From Actinomycetota bacterium (GTDB lineage Bacteria; Actinomycetota; Acidimicrobiia; Spongiisociales; UBA4744), in the NCBI GenBank assembly GCA_013152275.1, contig JAADGS010000021.1, forward strand, positions 1 to 58,197: 58,197 nucleotides of DNA, in the 5' to 3' direction. The notes below the pieces were generated by a model. That model saw only the letters and a program-made list of their open reading frames with translations, was not told where the DNA came from and searched no databases. Of this stretch, positions 46,095 through 54,978 are shown in pieces; position 1 is the stretch's first letter, and every line of letters begins with the position of its first letter. Position numbers and translations under genes: made by a program.

Positions 46095-48392
46095 ATGGAG
46101 ACACTCTGGCCTGAAGGAAACGGTCGTCCGCTGGTCTTCCTCGTCGACGCCTCCAGCATCGTCGAGCAGCGCCTCCTTCACGGATGGATCGACCGCAATC
46201 GCGTGCCCGGCGTTCGGTACGAGGTTGTCTGCATCCCTCCGTCCCGTAAGCCACGGCGGCCCTGTCCGGACAAGCACAGGCTCGGCGACTTCCTCGCCGA
46301 CGATCCCCTGTTCGTCCCGCTGCGTGTCGCGTGGCTGGCGCCTCACCACCACGGCCGGCGGTCGGTTTCGTTTGTCGACCTGTTCCGGCTCAGGGATCCC
46401 CGTGTCCCGGATCCGCTTCGCCAGCTCGCCATCGTTCGTTACAGCCCCGACCGCTGCTGGGTGGTCGTCGGCGAGCCGGCGACCGCCTCCTCACTCCACC
46501 GAAGCTGGGAGGCCGAAGGCACCGACGGCGACTTCGTCGCCTTCGTGCACCGCCGCGCCCAACTGGCTCTCGAACGTGCCGAACGGCGTCTGCGAGGAAA
46601 CCGTTACAAGGTCCCACGGTTCGTTCGCCGAGATATCCTCGCCGACCCGTCGTTCGTCGAGCAGGTTCGTGCCATCGCCGAAGCCGAGAACCGATCTCCC
46701 GATGCCGCCATGACGAGAGCATCCAGATACCTCAAGGAGATCGCCGCTTCCCACAGCCCATACCTCATCGACCTCGTCGCCAACGCGATCCGGTGGTTGT
46801 ACCGCCGCGGCTATCGGGCGATCCTGTACTCACCCGGAGACCTCGCGAATGTCCTGTCGATCGGGCAGCGGTATCCCCTCGTCTTCCTTCCGTCACACAA
46901 GTCCAATCTCGACCACCTGGCGCTGCAGTACGTCTTGTGGGAGAACGACGCGCCTCCCAATCACACCGCGGGCGGCATCAACTTGAACTTCTTTCCCCTC
47001 GGGCCGATCATCAGGCGGACCGGCGTGTTCTTCATCCGCCGCACGTTCAAGAAGAACAACCTCTACAAGTTCGTCCTGCAGAGCTACCTCGACTATCTGA
47101 TCGAGAAGCGGTTCCCACTCGAGTGGTACCTGGAAGGGGGACGTTCCCGATCCGGAAAGCTGCTTCCCCCTCGTTACGGGATGTTGACCTACGTCGCCGA
47201 TGCGTTCAGAAGAGGAAAGAGTGAGGACGTCTTCCTCATCCCGCTTTCGATCACGTACGACCATATCCAGGATGTGAGCGCGTACGCCGCGGAACAGCGC
47301 GGCGAACGCAAGGAACGCGAGAGCTTCGGATGGTTGATCCGCACCATCCATTCGTTGGGCCGACGGTACGGCGACATCCACCTGCGTTTCGGCGAACCGC
47401 TCGCCCTGTCCGACTATCTCGAGCAAGGAGCGGCGATCGCTCCCATCGACGTTCAAAAGATCGCGTTCGAGGTGTCGACGCGGATCAACGACGTCACACC
47501 CGTCACCCCGACCGCGCTGCTCACAATCGCCCTCCTGACCGCAGAAGATCGGGCATTCACGTTGGATCAGCTCCGAGAGGAGATCTCCGAACTGTGCGAA
47601 TACATCCGTTCGCGCGACATCCCGATCACCGAACGCGTGGAGTGCAAGAACGCCGAACAGATCGAATCGATCCTGCAGCGCCTCGACGACCAGGGCATCG
47701 TCGCCACGTTCGACGCCGGACCCGAGACCGTGTACATGATCGGTTCCGAGCAGCGTCTCACTGCTGCCTACTACCGCAACACGATCGTTCATTTCTTCGT
47801 CAACGCGGCCATCGCCGAGCTCGCACTCCTCACCGCCGCGAACGCCCAGGTGGCCGGTCCGGAAGCCTTCTGGGACGAGGTGATGCGACTCAGAGACCTG
47901 TTGAAGTTCGAGTTCTTCTTCGCGGACAAAGACGAGTTCCGCCAGCAAGTCTGGAACGAGCTGCTTCACCAGGACCCTCGCTGGCCCAAGCGCGTTCTGC
48001 AGGGAGCAGAGGAGATCCGCACCTTGCTCCGAGACCTGCGGCCGCTCACCAGCTACTGGGTTCTTCGGCCGTATCTCGAGGCATACCAGGTCGTAGCCGA
48101 TGCTCTCGTCCTGCATCCGCCGTATGTCGAGATCAACGAGAAGAAGTTCATGGGCGAGTGCCTGGCGCTCGGAAGACAGTATCGGCTCCAGCAGCGCATC
48201 CACACCGACGAGTCGATCTCGCAGGTGCTCTTCACCTCGGCCTTCAAACTCGCCGGGAACAGGGGTCTCCTCGATATCGATGATCCGGACTGTGAGGCGA
48301 AGCGCCGAACCTTCGCTTCAGAGATCCAGGATGTGCTGGCCAAGATCGATTCCATCGCGGCCCTCGCCACTGGTCGGCGGGCAGGGTTCTAG
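46095..48392 (+). CDS. plsB: Glycerol-3-phosphate 1-O-acyltransferase (actinobacterial PlsB type)
   Basis: SHKSNLD, FFIRR, EGGRSRSGK, RDLLKFEFFF. Confidence 0.9.
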   Translation: METLWPEGNGRPLVFLVDASSIVEQRLLHGWIDRNRVPGVRYEVVCIPPSRKPRRPCPDKHRLGDFLADDPLFVPLRVAWLAPHHHGRRSVSFVDLFRLRDPRVPDPLRQLAIVRYSPDRCWVVVGEPATASSLHRSWEAEGTDGDFVAFVHRRAQLALERAERRLRGNRYKVPRFVRRDILADPSFVEQVRAIAEAENRSPDAAMTRASRYLKEIAASHSPYLIDLVANAIRWLYRRGYRAILYSPGDLANVLSIGQRYPLVFLPSHKSNLDHLALQYVLWENDAPPNHTAGGINLNFFPLGPIIRRTGVFFIRRTFKKNNLYKFVLQSYLDYLIEKRFPLEWYLEGGRSRSGKLLPPRYGMLTYVADAFRRGKSEDVFLIPLSITYDHIQDVSAYAAEQRGERKERESFGWLIRTIHSLGRRYGDIHLRFGEPLALSDYLEQGAAIAPIDVQKIAFEVSTRINDVTPVTPTALLTIALLTAEDRAFTLDQLREEISELCEYIRSRDIPITERVECKNAEQIESILQRLDDQGIVATFDAGPETVYMIGSEQRLTAAYYRNTIVHFFVNAAIAELALLTAANAQVAGPEAFWDEVMRLRDLLKFEFFFADKDEFRQQVWNELLHQDPRWPKRVLQGAEEIRTLLRDLRPLTSYWVLRPYLEAYQVVADALVLHPPYVEINEKKFMGECLALGRQYRLQQRIHTDESISQVLFTSAFKLAGNRGLLDIDDPDCEAKRRTFASEIQDVLAKIDSIAALATGRRAGF

Positions 48393-48516
48393 TGACGTCG
48401 TTTCGATGCTCGGCATCCGGCAACGACTCTCCAGACCCTCAAGAGCATCGTGTCGTTGATGCCACCACCCGATGCCGGGGAGATTCGCCGGCCGTTCGCC
48501 GGGCGGACCTCGTGCG

Positions 48517-49026
48517 ATGAGCGACGGCCCGTCCGCCACGATTCTCGATCTCTTCGACCGCTACGCGGATGGTGTCTTCACACTCGGGTACCGCCTCCTC
48601 GGTGATCGACATCTCGCGGAAGACGTCGTCCAAGAGACGTTCCTTTCGGTCCTTCGAGGCATCGCCTCCTACCGCGAAGAGGGCCCGATCGCCGGATGGC
48701 TGTATCGGATAGCGTATCGCAGTGCAATCGCGCAGCAGAGGAAGCGGAGAGATCTGCCGACGGATCCGGCGGATATGATCGATCTGGTCGGACACGCGAC
48801 CGACGACGTTGAGCGGACTGTGATCTCGCGCGAACTCCTCGTCGCCATGGACCGGGCGATTTCCGCGCTGACTCCCCCACTCGGAGCGGCTTTCGTCCTG
48901 CGCGAGATCGAAGGGCTCTCCACACAAGAGGTTGCGCAGGCACTCGAGATCTCCGCGTCCTCGGTGAAGATGCGCCTCGCGAGAGCGCGAAAGGCGCTCC
49001 GCTCCAGGCTGAAGGGATACCTGTGA
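48517..49026 (+). CDS. ECF RNA polymerase sigma factor
   Basis: AEDVVQETF, WLYRIA, LREIEGLSTQEVA, VKMRLARAR. Start may be at 48472. Confidence 0.92.
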   Translation: MSDGPSATILDLFDRYADGVFTLGYRLLGDRHLAEDVVQETFLSVLRGIASYREEGPIAGWLYRIAYRSAIAQQRKRRDLPTDPADMIDLVGHATDDVERTVISRELLVAMDRAISALTPPLGAAFVLREIEGLSTQEVAQALEISASSVKMRLARARKALRSRLKGYL

Positions 49027-49244
49027 TGAACTGCGACGACCTCGACGCCCTCCTTCCTGAACTCCTCGACGGGCAGGTGAGCAAGGAGGAGAGAGATGCT
49101 GCACTGGAGCACCTCGCCACGTGCAACGACTGTCGGATCGTCGTTGACGACCTCGAGCACATCAACCGGCTCTATCGCGAGCACGGAAGAATGCACCTCA
49201 CCGACGAAACGCGCGAGCGCCTCCGCCGGCTTCTCGAAATGTGA
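49026..49244 (+). CDS. Zinc-binding anti-sigma factor (zf-HC2), soluble
   Basis: MNC...HLATCNDC motif; overlaps the sigma stop. Confidence 0.88.
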   Translation: MNCDDLDALLPELLDGQVSKEERDAALEHLATCNDCRIVVDDLEHINRLYREHGRMHLTDETRERLRRLLEM

Positions 49245-49289
49245 CCGATCTGCCTCCAGTCGCGACATACCAGTTGAAAGGAGGCAATC

Positions 49290-49493
49290 ATGAAGATCAA
49301 CGAAGCAAGCTGGGACCGGGTCGCCCGTGTCGTGCTGGGTGGGGTGCTCCTCTATCTGGGGTGGGCAAATGTCGTCACCGGAGGATGGGGTATCTTCCTC
49401 AAGATCATCGGTTTCGTCCCCCTGATCACAGGAGTGGTCGGCTGGTGCCCGATTTACGCGATCGCCAAGTTCCGCACCAAGTCTTCGACCTGA
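49290..49493 (+). CDS. DUF2892/YgaP-like membrane protein
   Basis: NEASWDRVARVVLG...GWCPIY; AAGGAGG Shine-Dalgarno. Confidence 0.88.
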   Translation: MKINEASWDRVARVVLGGVLLYLGWANVVTGGWGIFLKIIGFVPLITGVVGWCPIYAIAKFRTKSST

Positions 49494-49553
49494 CGGTGCC
49501 GGCGCCGGCCACCCCCTTCTCACCGACGCTCCCACGCCGTACCCTCGGCGTGC

Positions 49554-50726
49554 ATGGTTCGTCTCATCGACCCGACCGTCGCACGCCGGACGGCGGCACA
49601 CATGGAGACCTTGGAGAGAGAACTCTCCGCGCAGATGGCAGCGGCCGTCACGCTGCTGCGCACGGTGGGGGGAACGACGGTGACGGCTGCAAGAGCCCGG
49701 GCGTCGACGAACTGGTGGGGCGAAGAGGCCGCCAGATTGCGCCTACGCGCCGACGCCGTCGACATGGGCAACGCCTGCCCCGTCCCGGAGACGTGGGGAC
49801 CGACGATCTCGGCACCGGACCCGCCCAGGGACCTTGTGCTCGCGGACCTCTCGAAGCTCGAGGAGAGGCGAACCCTTCTGTCGACGCATCTCGATCTCTT
49901 GAACGGATTCCTTCGATGGGTGCCTGGGGAGCCGCTGCAGAGCCTCCGATCGAGCTTGACCCGGGCGGTTGCCCGACTGGATCGTGCCGTCGCCGATCGA
50001 AGGGCATGGGCAGACCGGAATCTGCTGTTCTTCGACCCGTCCGGAGATGGGCGCATCGTCGAAGTGATCGGCGATCTGAAGACGGCTCGACACGTCGTCG
50101 TTCTCGTCCCGGGCATGGGGAATGGCCTTTCGTCGTATGAGCGAACCCTGCGTGTCGATGCGCTCCGCCTTGCGGAGCGTCTCGGCGACACGGACACGGC
50201 AGTTGTGGCCTGGCTGGGCTATGACCCTCCCGACACGATTGTGGGCGCAATCTCGCGCGGACCTGCCCGTCGGGGCGCAGCCGCCCTCGGAGACTTCGTC
50301 AGACGGCTCGGTCCGGTCCATACGACGGTCATCGCTCACTCCTACGGATCACTCGTCGCTGGGCTCGCAGCCCGGCAAGGTCTGCTCGTTCCGGACGAAC
50401 TGGTGTTCATAGGCAGTCCTGGTGTCGGGGCCGACAACGTCGCGGAGCTGGGTCTTCCTCCCTCCACGACGGTGTGGTCCGGCCTCACACTGTTCGACCC
50501 GATCCGGCTTGCTCGCCCAGACTGCATGGATCCTTCGCCCCGCTGTTCGACCGACCTGGTTTTCGGTACCGACCCGCACGGTCCGATGTTCGGCGCCAAG
50601 GTATTCGCGACCGGTGAAGGCCCGCTGTGGAACGCCCACTCGGCGTACTACCGAACCGGATCGCTGTCGTTGGAGAACCTGGCGCACATCGCTCTCGACG
50701 AGGACGTGGTCGACGGTCGAGCGTGA
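49554..50726 (+). CDS. DUF1023-type alpha/beta hydrolase
   Basis: GDLKTARHVVVLVPG, WLGYDPP, AHSYGS, GSPG, HSAYY. Confidence 0.85.
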   Translation: MVRLIDPTVARRTAAHMETLERELSAQMAAAVTLLRTVGGTTVTAARARASTNWWGEEAARLRLRADAVDMGNACPVPETWGPTISAPDPPRDLVLADLSKLEERRTLLSTHLDLLNGFLRWVPGEPLQSLRSSLTRAVARLDRAVADRRAWADRNLLFFDPSGDGRIVEVIGDLKTARHVVVLVPGMGNGLSSYERTLRVDALRLAERLGDTDTAVVAWLGYDPPDTIVGAISRGPARRGAAALGDFVRRLGPVHTTVIAHSYGSLVAGLAARQGLLVPDELVFIGSPGVGADNVAELGLPPSTTVWSGLTLFDPIRLARPDCMDPSPRCSTDLVFGTDPHGPMFGAKVFATGEGPLWNAHSAYYRTGSLSLENLAHIALDEDVVDGRA

Positions 50727-50751
50727 AGCGTGTTTCGGCGTCGCTTCCGGC

Positions 50752-51918
50752 TCACGGACGCGTCAACGACCGGTGCAGCGCCCACGAGGCAAGAGTGAGG
50801 AACACCGCGGCGTACCCGCCGAGAATCGCCAGCTCGGGGAGGATGTCGACAAGTCCTCCTCCCCGCTGCACCATCTCGATGAACGCCTCCAGAGCCCACG
50901 CGTGCGGAGTGATGTGGGCCGCCGTGAACAATCCCGGCGAGAAGATCTGGAATACCTGCAAGGGAACCATGCATCCTCCGAGCGCCCCGAATCCGAGCCC
51001 AAGCAGCACACCGATTCCGCCGGCCTGCGCATCGTTGCGAAACAGCGACCCTATCAGCATCGCGGCACCGGCGCTGACGAGCGAGAACATGACGAGGACG
51101 GCGCCGGTTCCCAGCGGGTCTCCCCAATCGACGCCGAATATCAGCCACGTGCCGAGAACGATGAACAGACCCTGCACCATCGCGACCCCGAACCTTCCCA
51201 TGGCTTCCCCGGCAACAATGGTTCGTATCGGTGTTGGCGTCGCCACCATGCGACGGCTGACGCCCAACATTCGTGAGCGGATCAGTGCGGCAGACCCGGC
51301 GAGGGAGGTGAGGAACATGAACAGGATCAACTGGGAGTGCGCGCCCAGATCGAAGCGTCCGACCTGAGTGAATGAGACCGGCTCTCCCACCAACGACGTG
51401 CCGACGGAGATACCTGCCAGGCCGGCTTGCTCGGCCCTCGCTATGGAGAGCGCAACATTGAAATCGGCCAGACCCTGAGCTTCAACGAACCTGGCCGCTC
51501 GCAGCACCCTGTTCTGTTCGGCGACGACGCTCCCCACGATGGTTCGAAGTACGGCCTCTTCCTGCAAGGATCGAGCGATGAAACCGAGCTCGACGCCGTC
51601 TCTGACCCTCTCGTCGTAGTCCTTCGGTATTTCGAGGCCGGCTTCCACTTCTCCACGCTCGACGGCCAGGAGGAGTTGGTCGAGGTCCGCATAGGACGTG
51701 ACGCGGATGGTGGCCTGGTTCTGCAGATCGGCCATCAGCGACCGGGCGAGCGGACCGTCATCACCGCCGACGACACCGAGACGAGGCAAGAAACTGCCAC
51801 CGAACACGGCCCCGAGCACCAGGGTGAGCAGAAGTGGAAGGACGAAGATGAAGAAGAATGAGCGGCGATCCCGCATCATGCGGAGCACATTCGTTCCGGC
51901 AATCGTCCACACCTTCAT
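50752..51918 (-). CDS. ABC-2 type transporter permease
   Basis: N-terminal TM, extracellular loop and C-terminal TM bundle; LGGCMVP, TPHAWA. Confidence 0.9.
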   Translation of the reverse strand: MKVWTIAGTNVLRMMRDRRSFFFIFVLPLLLTLVLGAVFGGSFLPRLGVVGGDDGPLARSLMADLQNQATIRVTSYADLDQLLLAVERGEVEAGLEIPKDYDERVRDGVELGFIARSLQEEAVLRTIVGSVVAEQNRVLRAARFVEAQGLADFNVALSIARAEQAGLAGISVGTSLVGEPVSFTQVGRFDLGAHSQLILFMFLTSLAGSAALIRSRMLGVSRRMVATPTPIRTIVAGEAMGRFGVAMVQGLFIVLGTWLIFGVDWGDPLGTGAVLVMFSLVSAGAAMLIGSLFRNDAQAGGIGVLLGLGFGALGGCMVPLQVFQIFSPGLFTAAHITPHAWALEAFIEMVQRGGGLVDILPELAILGGYAAVFLTLASWALHRSLTRP

Positions 51919-53111
51919 CGGTTCACGACCTTGCGCAACAGCACCCATGCGAGTGCGCCCGACGCCACGCCGAACCCCATCAGGACGGCTGCAGCCGGCA
52001 GCACGTCGGAGACGTGACCTGCGGCCAGGTCACCCAGCCCCTGCAAGAACCATGCGTGCGGCGTAAACCGGCTCACGACGGCCAGGAGACCGCCGACCTG
52101 CGCCACCGGGAAGAAGGACCCACCGAGAATGGCCAACGCGATGGCGACGATTGCCGTGTACGCATGGGCCTGTTCGTCGGTCTTGGCGATGCCCGACACG
52201 ACGGCCATGATCCCGACCGCCGAGAACGTCACGGTGAGGACGAGGATCGCCACTCCGACGGGGTTCCCCCAGTGCGCTCCAAGCAGATACGTGGAGGCGA
52301 CCACGAGAACGGTCATGCTCACGACGCCGAGAACGTACGCCACGATCGCCTTGCCACCGAGAATCGAGCCTCTCCCGATCGGGGCGACCAGCAGGCGGTC
52401 GAGCGTTCCGTCATGACGCTCCTCCAACAGCCCCAGGACGCCAAGCTGAGTGACGTAGAACAAGAACAGGACCGCCATCCCCACCGTCATCGAAGTCGCC
52501 CCATCGAGCCGGCGGGTTGCGGCCGGCACGCTGCCGACCGTGACCGGCGCGGGATACCCCATTGCCGCGGCGACCGTGCCCGGACCGATCGATCCGCCGG
52601 CTACCCGATAGGTCCGAATCTCGAGGTTGACGGCGGTCACCTCATCCGCGAAGCGGGTCGCGAGTGCCTCGGCGATCGAGGTGGCGGTCCATGAGGCTCG
52701 ACTGCCGATGACTTCGAGCGTTGTGGCTTCGCCATGCTGCACCGCGGCAGAGAATCCGGCGGGAATCACGAAGGCGGCGCTGATGCCATCCTCGGAATTG
52801 GAGAGGGAATCGCCTCCAACCTCCACCCGCCGGCGTGCTTCGTCGACGGACCCGACCGACACGATCCTGATCCCCTCCTGCCCGGCGGCGAAACCGGCGA
52901 GTACCTGGTCCGTGAATGCGGCGGCGATCTCCCCTCCGTCCTGGTCCACGACACCAAAGGTCGCAGCGAAGTGTGTCGATGCGATCGGGTTGAAGACGAA
53001 GCTGAAGATGGCTGCCAGCCCCAGGGGAGCGATGATCCCGACGATGTAGGCGGAGCGATCGCGCAAGCGCCTGCGAAGATCCTTGCCCGCGATGAGCAAT
53101 GCAGGACGCAT
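51915..53111 (-). CDS. ABC-2 type transporter permease
   Basis: EERHDGTLDRLLVAP, LGGSFFP, TPHAW. Confidence 0.9.
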   Translation of the reverse strand: MRPALLIAGKDLRRRLRDRSAYIVGIIAPLGLAAIFSFVFNPIASTHFAATFGVVDQDGGEIAAAFTDQVLAGFAAGQEGIRIVSVGSVDEARRRVEVGGDSLSNSEDGISAAFVIPAGFSAAVQHGEATTLEVIGSRASWTATSIAEALATRFADEVTAVNLEIRTYRVAGGSIGPGTVAAAMGYPAPVTVGSVPAATRRLDGATSMTVGMAVLFLFYVTQLGVLGLLEERHDGTLDRLLVAPIGRGSILGGKAIVAYVLGVVSMTVLVVASTYLLGAHWGNPVGVAILVLTVTFSAVGIMAVVSGIAKTDEQAHAYTAIVAIALAILGGSFFPVAQVGGLLAVVSRFTPHAWFLQGLGDLAAGHVSDVLPAAAVLMGFGVASGALAWVLLRKVVNR

Positions 53112-54046
53112 CAGTCCCGCAGAGCCTTGCCGGTGAGGTGCAGGAACACGTCTTCGAGGTTCGGCTCGTCGATCTCGACGGTCGCCACGGTGACGCCCGA
53201 CCCGGTCACGACCGACAGGACCTCGGTGATGACCTCACCCGCGTCTTCGACGATGATGTCGATGCCGTCGTCGACGCGCCCCACCTCCCGGACGGTTTCG
53301 ATACGACGAACCCTTCCGATGGCGGCGTCGAGATCCCCCGAGGCCCGCAAACGAATCCGATCGTTGCTGCCGACCAGACCGACCAGCTCATGTCGGGTTC
53401 CTTCTGCGACCAGCTTCCCTGCGTCGATGATTCCCACGCGGTCGCACAGGCGCTCGGCCTCCTCGATGTAGTGGGTCGTGTAGATGACCGCCATGCCCTC
53501 ACGGCCGAGAAGCTCGACGTTTTCGAGAATCGCATTGCGACTCTGCGGATCGACGCCGACGGTGGGCTCGTCGAGGATGAGGAGTTGCGGCTCGTGCAAC
53601 AGGCCGATCCCGATGTTCAGGCGCCGTTTCATGCCTCCCGAGTACTCTTCGACGCGGTCGTCCGCCCGCTCGGAAAGGCCGATGATCTCCAGCACTTCAT
53701 CGGTTCTGGACGCGAGGTGAGACGAGGACAGCCCGTACAACCTGCCGAAGAAGCGGATGTTCTCCCTGGCGGTGAGATCCGGATAGACGGCAACCTCTTG
53801 CGGGACCAGACCGATCGCGGCCCTTGCCTTGACGCTTCGTGTCGTCACCGGTTGCCCGGCGACGGTCACCGACCCCGCATCGCTCGAGAGCAACCCGGCA
53901 ATCATCGAGATCGTGGTCGTCTTACCTGCACCGTTCGGACCGAGCAGCCCGTAGGTCTCGCCCCGCGCGACCCGAATACTCACGTCGTCCACGGCCACGA
54001 GGCCATCGAAAGACTTGCGAAGGCCCTCACAGACGAGCACGCACAC
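53111..54046 (-). CDS. ABC transporter ATP-binding protein
   Basis: GPNGAGKTT, YSGGMKRR, LDEPTVGVD. Start at 54046 or 54040. Confidence 0.95.
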   Translation of the reverse strand: MCVLVCEGLRKSFDGLVAVDDVSIRVARGETYGLLGPNGAGKTTTISMIAGLLSSDAGSVTVAGQPVTTRSVKARAAIGLVPQEVAVYPDLTARENIRFFGRLYGLSSSHLASRTDEVLEIIGLSERADDRVEEYSGGMKRRLNIGIGLLHEPQLLILDEPTVGVDPQSRNAILENVELLGREGMAVIYTTHYIEEAERLCDRVGIIDAGKLVAEGTRHELVGLVGSNDRIRLRASGDLDAAIGRVRRIETVREVGRVDDGIDIIVEDAGEVITEVLSVVTGSGVTVATVEIDEPNLEDVFLHLTGKALRD

Positions 54047-54137
54047 AGTTCCCTCCCTGTCTTGCCAGGAAGCTAGCAGACGGTTTACGATCAGAATGAT
54101 CCCGATACACCGCCGCGAACGCGAGAAAGCTACGCAC

Positions 54138-54782
54138 ATGATCTTTCGAGATCGCAATGACGCAGGTCGGCGCCTCGCAGAGAGCTTGAGGAACTTCGCG
54201 GGTCCCCAAACGGTGGTCATCGGCCTCCCCAGAGGAGGTGTCGTCGTCGCCTCCGAAGTGTCGGCGGCGATCGGCGCTCCGCTCGATGTCCTCGTCGTCC
54301 GCAAGCTCGGCGCGCCGGGCCAGCCCGAGCTGGGTATCGGAGCGATCGGCGAGGACGACATCGAAGTGCTCAACCCGGACCTCATCGGCATGCTCGGCAT
54401 CACCCAGGCCGAACTCGACGCCGTCAGAGAGGCGGAACGAGCAGAGCTTCGACGTCGGGAGGCGCGGTACCGTCGTGGCAACCCACCACTCCCGGTTGCA
54501 GGGAAGACGGTGCTGCTGATCGACGATGGCCTCGCAACCGGTATCACCGCCAAGGCGGCTGCGAGGGTGCTGCGCGCCCGTGGCGCAGGGCGAATCGTGC
54601 TTGCGGTACCGGTGGGTGCACCTGATACGGTCCACGATCTCAGGGGAGAAGTCGACGAGATCGTGTGCCTCGAAGTCCCCCGATGGTTCAGAGCGGTCGG
54701 CCAGTGCTACGAGGACTTTCGGCAGACGACCGATGCGCAGGTTGTCGAGTGCCTCGACGGTGCAGCCGAACGCGGCTCCTGA
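54138..54782 (+). CDS. Phosphoribosyltransferase family protein
   Basis: FRDRNDAG, LPRGG, VRKLGAP, IDDGLATG. Confidence 0.9.
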   Translation: MIFRDRNDAGRRLAESLRNFAGPQTVVIGLPRGGVVVASEVSAAIGAPLDVLVVRKLGAPGQPELGIGAIGEDDIEVLNPDLIGMLGITQAELDAVREAERAELRRREARYRRGNPPLPVAGKTVLLIDDGLATGITAKAAARVLRARGAGRIVLAVPVGAPDTVHDLRGEVDEIVCLEVPRWFRAVGQCYEDFRQTTDAQVVECLDGAAERGS

Positions 54783-54978
54783 CACAAGGCGGCACCCCGA
54801 ACGACCAAGCATCGGATTGCGCATCCGGTCTCCGCGCCGCTGCCTCTCGGGGTGCCAAACCGTGCGTACTACATATCAGTCGCAGGCCACCGCGACAAGG
54901 GCCATTCGACTCTATCGAGTCCGAAGCCGCCGCCGAGACAGGAGCGCCATTCCGCCGAGCCGATGCCGGCCGCCGTGG

